Source: an uncultured Pseudomonadota bacterium (lineage in GTDB: Bacteria; CALINM01). Taken from it: a stretch of 64,000 nucleotides of DNA. The stretch is from assembly GCA_964540515.1 (NCBI GenBank), contig CAZIMS010000001.1, forward strand, positions 223,291 to 287,290. Reading direction: 5' to 3'. The notes below the pieces were generated by a model. That model had not been told where the DNA came from. It saw only the letters and a list, made by a program, of their open reading frames with translations, and did no database searches. The position numbers and the translations under genes were made by a program. Positions 49,562 through 57,350 of this stretch are shown here, piece by piece (within the stretch, counting starts at the first letter, position 1; every line of letters begins with the position of its first letter).

Positions 49562-50877
49562 AGGAGCTCCTCACTGGCTGTTTTATATTGTGAAGATTTC
49601 TCAAATTTATCAAGATAGTCATTAAACCTATTTTTTAGTGATTCATCTTTTAGGCTATTGACATACTCTCTAAAGGTAATAATGGCGTTTCTGTGGCAAA
49701 AATCTTTTATAACCTCTTTCTCTGCTAAATGATGAAACTCTCCACCTACTCTTGCCTTTCCATAGCAGGCAGTGCAAAAACTAGGTAGAAACCCTCTTTC
49801 TAAAATAGAAAAAACCACATCTTCTAAACTTCTCTTATCGTTAAGAGAAAATTGAGAGCCCTGTTCTTCTTCTATTATATCAGTGTAGCCGCCAGGAGAT
49901 GTTTTGGATTCGGCGCTTATCTGAGAAGCACCATAATAAAGAATCTCATCTCTTAGCTGGGCTGGCTCTCTGGTGGAGACAACAATACCTGCTGTAGGGA
50001 CAGCGATTCTATATACCGATACAATCTTCTTAAATGTAAAATCATCAACAGGATAGGGTGGATGTTCTAATAAAGCACCTTTTGCATATCTAAATCTCGG
50101 TACAGAAATGGTATGTGGGTAGGTGCCAAAGGTTTTTTTTAGATATCTTGCATGGGATATAGTTGCCAAAACATCGTATTTATAATCATAAAGCCCAAGT
50201 AATGAACCAATACCAACATCATAAAAACCTGCTTCAATGGCCCTATCAATAGCAGTTAATCGGTAGTAAAAATCGCTTTTTTTGCCTTTTATATGTAGTT
50301 TTTTATAAGTCTCTTCGTTATAGGTCTCCTGAAAGAGCTGATATACACCTAAACCTTCTTTCTTAATCTCCTTTAGCTCTTCTCTCTCCATAGGTGCAGC
50401 ATTGATATGCAATATCCTAAGCCCCGATTTTTTATAAATCTCTCTTACTACAGAACTTATGTAATCGACCCCACAGAGAGCCTTGTTTTCGGCAAGTACC
50501 AATAATGCCCGCTTAAATCCTCTTTTTTCCAAAAATTTAGCCTCTTCTAAAGCCTCTTTTGGGGTTAGGGTCTTTCTAACCTCTGTAATATTGCCATTCT
50601 GAAAACCACAATAGAGACATTTATTAGTACACTCATTAGAAAGATATAAAGGAGCAAAAAGGACAATTCTATTGCCAAATACTTTGGTCTTTATCTTTAA
50701 AGCAGCCTCTTGAATCTGTTTTAGGCTTTCTTCTCTATCAATAGAAAGAAGGTATGAGATCTCTTCTAATGAGAGAGTTTTTCCTTCTAAAGCCCTAGAT
50801 AAAAGCTTTTCAAGCCCATCCTTTGTGATAGTAAAATTTTCTCTTGAAAGCTCTTCAATAGCTCCAAAATCAAGCAT
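49558..50877 (-). CDS. thiH: ThiH/HydG-family radical-SAM tyrosine lyase (2-iminoacetate synthase), carrying a HydG-type C-terminal CX2CX22C motif
   Basis: N-terminal radical-SAM CTNKCLYCGF. C-terminus FCTAC-YGKARVGGEFHHLAEKEVIKDF-C has exactly CX2CX22C spacing. 439 aa, longer than the canonical ~375-aa ThiH. Sits between thiS and thiD. Confidence 0.7.
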   Translation of the reverse strand: MLDFGAIEELSRENFTITKDGLEKLLSRALEGKTLSLEEISYLLSIDREESLKQIQEAALKIKTKVFGNRIVLFAPLYLSNECTNKCLYCGFQNGNITEVRKTLTPKEALEEAKFLEKRGFKRALLVLAENKALCGVDYISSVVREIYKKSGLRILHINAAPMEREELKEIKKEGLGVYQLFQETYNEETYKKLHIKGKKSDFYYRLTAIDRAIEAGFYDVGIGSLLGLYDYKYDVLATISHARYLKKTFGTYPHTISVPRFRYAKGALLEHPPYPVDDFTFKKIVSVYRIAVPTAGIVVSTREPAQLRDEILYYGASQISAESKTSPGGYTDIIEEEQGSQFSLNDKRSLEDVVFSILERGFLPSFCTACYGKARVGGEFHHLAEKEVIKDFCHRNAIITFREYVNSLKDESLKNRFNDYLDKFEKSSQYKTASEELL

Positions 50878-50878
50878 A

Positions 50879-52198
50879 TTAATATTTGTAAAACTCCTTT
50901 ATCTTAGTAATCTTATCTACCACCTGCTGCGGGTCTTTACCAAATATCCTAATAACAGGCTCTTTCCCCATTCCACCTTCATCATAGATAAAGTCAGGCG
51001 GGTTTTTAAGTTTTTTGCATGCCTTTGTAACCCCCCAGTCCAGGCTACTTCCTTCTTTCTCTCTAATCTCGCGGGGCTCCTTTGTTCTATCAAAAAAACC
51101 GACTTCATAGCCTGCCTCTTTTATCTTTTCGATAACCAATTTATCATACTTAAGTGCCATAGCAGAGTTTAGTTGAGGGAAAAACTTTTTTGCTGAGAGA
51201 ATGACCCTACCTACATGTTTTGCCCCGCCAAAAACAGGAAAAGAAGGCGTATCAATATCATCGCCAACTGAAATAATCCTACCTCTAAAGCCAGCAACAT
51301 CATCTATGCTTTCAGCCCAAGGTAAGGCATAGACAAGATTGGACTGAACCTCTGGCAATATCTTACCTATTTTAAGCTCCTTAAGCCTCATAAAGGCCTT
51401 AATAAGTCCATCTATGCAACGGTATTGATAGGCAGAACGTCTAAGAGTTGCAAACTGATCTAATGTGCCAAAGTTAGAGCCCAGGGGTATACCATATTTT
51501 AAGGCATTATGGACAAAATCCCTTGCTTGAATTATAGCCTCAAGATAATCATTAGTATGAATTAAAAAAGAGGCAATAGCAGTAGCAAGACTACAGCCTG
51601 TGCCATGGGTGTTGTTTGTTATAATTCTCTCTATCTTAAAATCGTAGATATCTTTCCCGTCGAAGAAGACATCATAGTCGTATTTAGCGTCACCACCTTT
51701 TATCAAAACCCTTTTTGCGTGTCTTCCTATTTTTTTTGCGGCAGCTTTTGCATCATTAAGAGAAGCTATCTCTATGCCACTTAACTTTTCAGCCTCGTAA
51801 AAATTTGGGGTTATAAGAGAACAGTCTTTGATGATTTTATTAAAAATATTGTCAGGTGATAGCATACTACCACTTTGGGAGAACATCACGGGGTCTAAGA
51901 TAACAGGTTTTTTTTGGCTTTTAATAAATCTATGAACAACCTGAGCTACTTCTTCGCTACCAAGCATGCCAATTTTTATGGCTGAAAATTCAATATCATC
52001 AGAAACGGCATCGAGCTGACTCTTTATATCTACAGTAGGGACAAGATGGACCTTGTGAACCCCCTTTGTATTCTGAGAAGTTACAGCCGTAATAACGGTA
52101 AGGGGATATATACCTACCGCTGAGGCTGTCTTTATGTCAGCCTGAATACCAGCACCAGCTGAAGAATCAGAGCCCGCAATAATTAAAAGTCTTCTCAT
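50879..52198 (-). CDS. thiDN: Bifunctional ThiDN: HMP/HMP-P kinase (ThiD) fused to an archaeal-type thiamine-phosphate synthase domain (ThiN)
   Basis: Residues 1-265 are ThiD (ribokinase-fold GxGC motif NTHGTGCSLATAIAS). Residues ~270-439 match the ThiN domain as recalled, e.g. GFRGRIISVGDD. Confidence 0.8.
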   Translation of the reverse strand: MRRLLIIAGSDSSAGAGIQADIKTASAVGIYPLTVITAVTSQNTKGVHKVHLVPTVDIKSQLDAVSDDIEFSAIKIGMLGSEEVAQVVHRFIKSQKKPVILDPVMFSQSGSMLSPDNIFNKIIKDCSLITPNFYEAEKLSGIEIASLNDAKAAAKKIGRHAKRVLIKGGDAKYDYDVFFDGKDIYDFKIERIITNNTHGTGCSLATAIASFLIHTNDYLEAIIQARDFVHNALKYGIPLGSNFGTLDQFATLRRSAYQYRCIDGLIKAFMRLKELKIGKILPEVQSNLVYALPWAESIDDVAGFRGRIISVGDDIDTPSFPVFGGAKHVGRVILSAKKFFPQLNSAMALKYDKLVIEKIKEAGYEVGFFDRTKEPREIREKEGSSLDWGVTKACKKLKNPPDFIYDEGGMGKEPVIRIFGKDPQQVVDKITKIKEFYKY

Positions 52199-53013
52199 AG
52201 ATCCTCCTCAATATCTCTTTCGCCAAGCAATATTCTTATGACCTGATTTGCCTGATGTCCTGCAGCGATAGCTACCCTTGGAGCCATAAGCCCCATACCA
52301 GGCCTAGCCTCAGAGACTAAATCTCCCACAACAAAAAGCCTTTTTGCAAACCTTCTAGTCTTAATATCATTATTAGGGCCATACCCAGCAAGCCCCGAGG
52401 CACTAACTATATAGACATCATCCATTTTTTCAAATATGGTATTTATAAGCATAGCCTTCATATCTGCTCTATCAAAGGCTTCAACTATTACGCAACAGTT
52501 AAAGAATATCTCAGGTATATTATCAGGATTTAGCATAACATTATGAGTAACAACCTCGATAAAGGGATTAATTCTTGAAAGATTCTCCTTTAAGGCGTAA
52601 ACCTTTTCTTTGCCCAGCTGATCAATAAAATATTGCTGTCTATTAAGATTAGATGGCTCAACTATATCAAAGTCGGCTATAACAAGTCTGCCAACGCCAA
52701 CACGAGCTAAAGAAATAGCCACGTTTGAGCCAAGACCACCTACACCTGCAATGCCAACAGTACTTGCTTTAAGTCTCTCATAAACGTTGGGTGTATGCCT
52801 TGCAACAAGCATGTACTCAAGTTCTTCTTTAGAGGGAGTTTCTCCTCGCTTGATAAAATTAATAACATCGCCATCTTTAAGTAAAAGATTATCTTTTATG
52901 GGAAAACCGTTATAAACGATAATATCGGCCTGAGGATTTATCTTATTTTTTACATCAAAGATGGTTGTACCTGCAGGGAAAAAAAGTTCTCTTTCGTTAA
53001 CTTTTATCTTCAT
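52195..53013 (-). CDS. thiF: ThiF/MoeB-type E1-like sulfur-carrier adenylyltransferase with an N-terminal ThiS/MoaD-like ubiquitin-fold domain
   Basis: Rossmann GIAGVGGLGSNVAISLARVGVGRLVIADFDIVEPSNLNRQ. The first ~57 aa (MKIKVNERELFFPAGTTIFDV...DGDVINFIKRG) resemble ThiS but lack the GG terminus. Confidence 0.8.
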   Translation of the reverse strand: MKIKVNERELFFPAGTTIFDVKNKINPQADIIVYNGFPIKDNLLLKDGDVINFIKRGETPSKEELEYMLVARHTPNVYERLKASTVGIAGVGGLGSNVAISLARVGVGRLVIADFDIVEPSNLNRQQYFIDQLGKEKVYALKENLSRINPFIEVVTHNVMLNPDNIPEIFFNCCVIVEAFDRADMKAMLINTIFEKMDDVYIVSASGLAGYGPNNDIKTRRFAKRLFVVGDLVSEARPGMGLMAPRVAIAAGHQANQVIRILLGERDIEEDL

Positions 53014-53059
53014 AAAGATTTTTGGGGATGTAAATTAGCTGATGATTGGAATGAAAAGG

Positions 53060-53155
53060 TTGATATGAAGCCTTCCCTCCGACGGCATTACCCGCATCAG
53101 GTTCCATGGGTTGTCTCCAAAGAGACTCTCAGCTAAAAAAGCACCCCCGGCTTTC
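53060..53155 (-). ncRNA. TPP (THI-box) riboswitch in the 5' leader of the thiamine operon
   Basis: Minus-strand sequence GGGGTGC...GCTGAGAGTCTCTTTGGAGACAACCCATGGAACCTGATGCGGGTAATGCCGTCGGAGGGAAGG contains the conserved CTGAGA, ACCC, GAACCTGAT, GGTAATGCC and GGGAA blocks, ~50 nt upstream of the thiF start. Confidence 0.8.
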
Positions 53156-53162
53156 TCACTAT

Positions 53163-53354
53163 TTATTTTTTCTCAAAAATTATTTTGTGACCAATAAGAT
53201 TAATCTCTGTTATAACGCCAGAGATTTTTTTCCTCTCACCCATAAGCCCTTCAACAACAAACTCATTCTCGCCTGTGGGTATGATTCTTACCGCTTCTTT
53301 ATAAAAAAGCTCCTCTTTATCGCCTTCTTTTATGTAGACATTTGACTCGCACAT
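53163..53354 (-). CDS. CooT-like small nickel-binding CODH accessory protein (63 aa)
   Basis: Starts MCESNVYIKEGDKEELFYKEAVRIIPTGENEFVVEGLMGERKKISGVITEINLIGHKIIFE. The MC(E)xN start with Cys2 and ~65-aa beta-rich architecture match the CooT family as recalled. The track ORF begins 19 codons upstream with a hydrophobic stretch that is probably not translated. Confidence 0.5.
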   Translation of the reverse strand: MCESNVYIKEGDKEELFYKEAVRIIPTGENEFVVEGLMGERKKISGVITEINLIGHKIIFEKK

Positions 53355-53489
53355 ATTTTTTATTACAACAACAAATATGAAAAAAGTCAAACAAAAAAAT
53401 TTTAAAGCCACCTTAGCTATAGAGATTATTATAAGAGAGATAAAAAAGATGAAAAGAGGTACAAGTGAGGTTTCAAAAGTACGTAAATG

Positions 53490-54239
53490 TTAAAAATTGT
53501 AAGTAAAGCCTATCAAAGCACCTTTATCGGTAGGTATTATTATGGGAATAAGGCTTCTTTTATTTTCTCTATCTATATCTTTTGAATAAACATAGTCGGC
53601 TATTATATAGCCAATTGCAGCACCTATTACTGTATCGGCAAGGTAATGTTCGTTTTCATACATCCTTCCAAAGGCAGTAATTAAAGGAAATATATATAAG
53701 ATTGGAGCATCATAATATTTTGCATAGGTTGTAAAGAGTGCGGAAGAGGCGACTAGATGCTTGGAAGGAAAGCTATCAAAACTATCGAAAGAAAAAGGTT
53801 TGTAGGTGTGTCTTCCTTCATTTTTGTAAGGTCTGCTCCTACCTATTGCGATAGATGAAGTCCCTGCAATGAGAGTTGAGAAAAAAACAGATTCTGCAGC
53901 CGAAAAGGAGCTTTTTGATATTTTGGTATCCTTAGGTGATAGTGCGTATATAGTAACAGGTATGGCAAAATCTATAAATGGGTTGCCTATTAAGTTACCT
54001 GTATCGGATATGGTTTTATTGAGGTGGTTTTTATTTTTATCAAAAAAATCTTGACTTCCCTTTTCAAAAAAGAAGGATAAAGAAGTTAAAGCTATTCCAA
54101 AGAGTAATTCTTCTTTTTGATTGTTGAGATTAAATTCATAGATGTCTTCTCTTATTCTTGCAAGGTCCTTTTGATAGTCGTAGGCATAAGTATTAATCGA
54201 TAGCAGAGTTAGTGTTAATGTAATAATTATTGTGGGCAT
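53490..54239 (-). CDS. PAP2-superfamily phosphatase (secreted/membrane-anchored)
   Basis: PAP2 motifs KxxxxxxRP (GRSRPY), PSKH (PSGH variant), SRxxxxxHxxxD (GRMYENEHYLADTV). Signal peptide present. Confidence 0.65.
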   Translation of the reverse strand: MPTIIITLTLTLLSINTYAYDYQKDLARIREDIYEFNLNNQKEELLFGIALTSLSFFFEKGSQDFFDKNKNHLNKTISDTGNLIGNPFIDFAIPVTIYALSPKDTKISKSSFSAAESVFFSTLIAGTSSIAIGRSRPYKNEGRHTYKPFSFDSFDSFPSKHLVASSALFTTYAKYYDAPILYIFPLITAFGRMYENEHYLADTVIGAAIGYIIADYVYSKDIDRENKRSLIPIIIPTDKGALIGFTYNF

Positions 54240-54298
54240 TTGTAAGATTATAATCTTTTTACATTCTTATAGTTATATTTTTTTATTAGAGTTTTTCA

Positions 54299-54574
54299 TT
54301 GTCAGCAAAAAGGGTAAATGTTAGTATTAGAAAAATGGGTAAGGGCAAAAATTTTAGAAAGTATTTTTATTTAAGCTCAATTGGGATTGAGATGGGTGTT
54401 GCCACCATGATTGGTATGGGGATGGGGTGGCTAATAGATAAGTATATTCTTGGGGATAAATATTCTCCTTTATTTACGTTAATTTTTCTATTTTTTGGTT
54501 TTGCAGCAGGTATAAAAAATGTTATAAAGCTAATGAAAAGTTTAGGGAAGGATAGTAATGAATCAGAAGAATGA
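54299..54574 (+). CDS. AtpZ-like small membrane protein (putative F-ATPase operon gene 1)
   Basis: 2-TM 91-aa protein resembling the AtpZ/ATPase_gene1 family (GIEMGVATMIGMGMGWLIDKY...FTLIFLFFGFAAG); first gene upstream of atpI-atpB-atpE. Confidence 0.55.
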   Translation: MSAKRVNVSIRKMGKGKNFRKYFYLSSIGIEMGVATMIGMGMGWLIDKYILGDKYSPLFTLIFLFFGFAAGIKNVIKLMKSLGKDSNESEE

Positions 54575-54944
54575 TCAAAACGGTATCATAGATTTTGTCG
54601 TAATGTTTATGATAGTTTTTCTTATTTTAGGTGTAATAATAATCTCTATCTTCTTTTTTAGTTTTGTAAATCTCATTAGTTATTTAGCAGGAGGAGCAAT
54701 TTCTATTCTTAATTTTATCTGGTTAAAGAGATTAATAAAAAAATTGATTGGTCATGGAAAGTTTACAAAGAAATCAGGTCTTGAGTGGGGAGTGAAAATT
54801 TTAATTATCTTTGGTTTAATTACTGTTTTAATTTTAAAAACAAAAATAAATATCTTGATTTTTATCATTGGTTTGAGTATATTACCATTTGCAGTGATTT
54901 TGCAAAGTGTAGTAAGCTATCTTAAAACTATTGGGGGGAGGTAG
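54558..54944 (+). CDS. ATP synthase protein I (AtpI)-like membrane protein
   Basis: 128-aa 4-TM protein in the atpI position immediately upstream of atpB. Confidence 0.45.
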   Translation: MNQKNDQNGIIDFVVMFMIVFLILGVIIISIFFFSFVNLISYLAGGAISILNFIWLKRLIKKLIGHGKFTKKSGLEWGVKILIIFGLITVLILKTKINILIFIIGLSILPFAVILQSVVSYLKTIGGR

Positions 54945-55683
54945 TAAAATGGCGGGTGGAGCGACACCTTTTACCTTTGATCAGGTTATTCCTGGGCTTA
55001 GTTCTATTGCTAAAGATCAATCTTTGGGTATACATGGAGGTACCCATGTATCAAATGCGATCTTAATAGTCTCAATAATTTTTCTTATAGTTTTTTTGGG
55101 CACAAGAAGACTTAAGCACACAGAAGAGGGAGCTATTCCTGATTCAACCTTTACTTTTAAGAATTTTTGCGAGCTTCTTGTAGAAGGTATCTTAAAGATA
55201 ATGGAAGATTCCTTAGGGCACCATGCAAGAAAGTTTTTGTATCTCATCGGTTCTGCTGCAATTTTTATACTTTTTTCAAATCTTTCAGGTCTTGTGCCTG
55301 GCTTTAATCCTCCAACTGACAATCTCAACACAACGGCAGCATGTGCTATAACAGTATTTTTGCTTTATAACTACCATGGCCTTAAAGAACACGGAGTTGC
55401 TTATCTTAAACATTTTGTAGGACCTTTCTGGTGGCTAGCTCCTTTGATGATACCTATTGAGATTATAGGTCATTTGGCAAGACCTCTTTCTCTCTCTCTC
55501 AGGCTTTTTGGTAATATAATGGGAGATCATCTTGTTACCGCAATCTTTTTTGCCCTTGTTCCGCTTCTTGTTCCAGTTCCAATAATGGTTTTAGGTGTTT
55601 TTGTTTCCTTTGTTCAGACCTTTGTATTTTGTTTACTTTCCATGGCCTACATCTCTGGTGCTGTCGAACACGGCGAGCACTAA
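54931..55683 (+). CDS. atpB: F-type ATP synthase F0 subunit a
   Basis: Conserved Arg helix ARPLSLSLRLFGNIMGDHLV, 5-6 TM helices. Alternative start at 54949 (MAGGATPF). Confidence 0.85.
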   Translation: MGGGSKMAGGATPFTFDQVIPGLSSIAKDQSLGIHGGTHVSNAILIVSIIFLIVFLGTRRLKHTEEGAIPDSTFTFKNFCELLVEGILKIMEDSLGHHARKFLYLIGSAAIFILFSNLSGLVPGFNPPTDNLNTTAACAITVFLLYNYHGLKEHGVAYLKHFVGPFWWLAPLMIPIEIIGHLARPLSLSLRLFGNIMGDHLVTAIFFALVPLLVPVPIMVLGVFVSFVQTFVFCLLSMAYISGAVEHGEH

Positions 55684-55718
55684 TCGAGAATAGAAAAAAA
55701 AAGAAAGGAGGAATGAGA

Positions 55719-56039
55719 ATGAAAAAGGCTTTTCTAACTACCGCAATTGTTCTTGCTCTCGCTTCATTTGCTTTTGCAGCAGAGGGAACACCAGCAGGTG
55801 GTCTTTCCGATTCCGTTAAAGTGGCTATTGCTATAGCTTCTGGTTTCGGAATTGCTATTGCCGCTGCTTTTGGTGGATTATCTCAGGCAAAGGGTCTTTC
55901 TACAGCCCTTGATGGTATTGCAAGAAATCCTGCTGCATCCGGTAAGATTGTTACACCCATGATTATCGGTCTTGCTATGATTGAGTCTCTCGTTATTTAC
56001 TCTCTTGTTATCTCATTAATGCTAGTCTTAAAACTCTAA
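55719..56039 (+). CDS. atpE: F-type ATP synthase F0 subunit c with N-terminal signal-like extension and Na+-binding-type motif
   Basis: Hairpin GFGIAIAAAFGGLSQAKG...IIGLAMIESLVIYSLVISLML with Q...ES...Y. Preceded by GGAGG 7 nt upstream. The ~25-aa N-terminal extension MKKAFLTTAIVLALASFAFAAEG looks like a signal peptide. Confidence 0.85.
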   Translation: MKKAFLTTAIVLALASFAFAAEGTPAGGLSDSVKVAIAIASGFGIAIAAAFGGLSQAKGLSTALDGIARNPAASGKIVTPMIIGLAMIESLVIYSLVISLMLVLKL

Positions 56040-56047
56040 TTTTCTGA

Positions 56048-56078
56048 AAGAGGGGGAAGCAATTTTCCCCCTCATTTA
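56048..56078 (+). terminator. Rho-independent terminator after atpE
   Basis: GAGGGGGAAGCAATTTTCCCCCTC hairpin followed by ATTT. Confidence 0.55.
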
Positions 56079-56083
56079 AATCT

Positions 56084-56725
56084 ATGAGACATAAAAAATT
56101 TCCCAAGATACCAGAAGCAACTATAAAAAGACTTTCTATTTATAACCGTATTCTCAACGAACTTAGTAGAGATGGCTTTGAGGTTGTATCTTCCGCTCGG
56201 CTTTCTGAGATAAGCGGACTTAATGCAGCGCAGATAAGAAAGGATTTAACTTATTTTGGAGAGTTTGGTGTCAGAGGAGTAGGTTATTTCGTAAATCATC
56301 TAAGAGATAATATAAAAAAGATCCTTGGTATTAATAAACAATGGAATCTTGTGATAATTGGTGTTGGTAAGCTTGGACAGGCAATTCTTTCTTATGGTAA
56401 CTTAAAATCTCAAGGCTATAATATTGTGGCTGCCTTTGATATTGATACTGCAAAGGTAGGCTCTAAGATTGGTGCTTACAATACTCCCATATATCCGCTT
56501 TCTAAGATAAAGGAAATAGCAAAAAAGCACGCAGTTAAAATTGCAATACTTACCACACCAGCAGCAGCTGCACAGGAGGTATTAAAAATTCTTGAAGAGG
56601 CAAATATAGAGGGGATAATTAATTTTGCACCTGTTAAGTTAAACCCAACTAAAAATATTAAAATCTCCTATGTCGATTTAGTTACAGAGTTTGATAAAAT
56701 GGCCTTTAAGATATCTTCTGAGTAA
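56084..56725 (+). CDS. rex: Redox-sensing transcriptional repressor Rex
   Basis: N-terminal winged helix (PEATIKRLSIYNRIL) and Rossmann NADH-binding domain (LVIIGVGKLGQAI); 213 aa. Confidence 0.85.
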   Translation: MRHKKFPKIPEATIKRLSIYNRILNELSRDGFEVVSSARLSEISGLNAAQIRKDLTYFGEFGVRGVGYFVNHLRDNIKKILGINKQWNLVIIGVGKLGQAILSYGNLKSQGYNIVAAFDIDTAKVGSKIGAYNTPIYPLSKIKEIAKKHAVKIAILTTPAAAAQEVLKILEEANIEGIINFAPVKLNPTKNIKISYVDLVTEFDKMAFKISSE

Positions 56726-56728
56726 GTT

Positions 56729-57133
56729 TTATTGCTGAGCCAAATAAGAATCGTAGAGAACCTTGCCCACAAAAAAATCCCCCCAAGCGATACCTATATC
56801 AGGTAGTGTGGACTTTAAGATCCAATCGGAAGGCGGTATATTTGCCATAACAAAATAGTTGATACTGAAATGAGACATTAAAACTGTGCCATAGATGACT
56901 ATTAAACCATTAAAAAGATAGGCATAAAGCGCAGTTTTTCTATACATAAATAATAGAGTTACAAAGATTGTATCGATAAGTGGCAGGAGCGTTGCCCAAA
57001 AATAGGTTAGACTAAAAATCTTTTCTGTAGGATTTATCTTGCTTGTTATATAAAAAGGATGGATTCTATAGTGGAGCAAAAGCCCTGATAAAGCAAATAA
57101 AAAAAGTGATAATATAAGTAGCTTTCTATTCAC
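56729..57133 (-). CDS. Hypothetical 4-TM membrane protein (GTG start)
   Basis: Hydrophobic 134-aa ORF; last gene of a three-gene minus-strand unit with the two small ORFs below. Confidence 0.4.
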   Translation of the reverse strand: MNRKLLILSLFLFALSGLLLHYRIHPFYITSKINPTEKIFSLTYFWATLLPLIDTIFVTLLFMYRKTALYAYLFNGLIVIYGTVLMSHFSINYFVMANIPPSDWILKSTLPDIGIAWGDFFVGKVLYDSYLAQQ

Positions 57134-57136
57134 CCT

Positions 57137-57241
57137 TTACCTCGAAAAATCTACAGAGTAGCCTAACCAGATGGTTAGAGCAATCGCTACAATATGTAGT
57201 ATAAACCAGCCAGGCTTGTATCTCATAAAATACTTAATCAT
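57137..57241 (-). CDS. Small single-TM protein (34 aa), MIKYFMRYKPGWFILHIVAIALTIWLGYSVDFSR
   Basis: ORF not in the track (<60 aa). The start is 2 nt after the stop of the upstream small ORF, and the stop is 3 nt before the next gene, a tight tandem arrangement. Confidence 0.25.
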   Translation of the reverse strand: MIKYFMRYKPGWFILHIVAIALTIWLGYSVDFSR

Positions 57242-57242
57242 G

Positions 57243-57350
57243 TTAGCCCCAATATCTTTTTAATAGAACACCAAGGGTGTAAAAAAAGGCGATACCCAAA
57301 AAGTGTACTAACCACCACAGAGCACTTAAAAAGGGAGCAGGCTTTTTCAT
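57243..57350 (-). CDS. Small single-TM protein (35 aa), MKKPAPFLSALWWLVHFLGIAFFYTLGVLLKRYWG
   Basis: ORF not in the track (<60 aa); first of three tightly packed minus-strand membrane ORFs. Confidence 0.25.
   Translation of the reverse strand: MKKPAPFLSALWWLVHFLGIAFFYTLGVLLKRYWG

Noticed and set aside
5724-55331. Numerous antisense ORFs nested inside well-supported genes (e.g. 5724-6026, 10963-11148, 12617-12808, 18168-18356, 19877-20104, 20655-20930, 23726-24037, 27684-27869, 29948-30286, 32225-32440, 32702-32938, 35768-36091, 37575-37757, 39407-39619, 45053-45389, 47192-47413, 50917-51108, 53869-54054, 55017-55331, 58621-58818, 59243-59643)
   Set aside because: Each lies opposite a conserved protein-coding gene and has the low-complexity composition expected from translating AT-rich antisense sequence.
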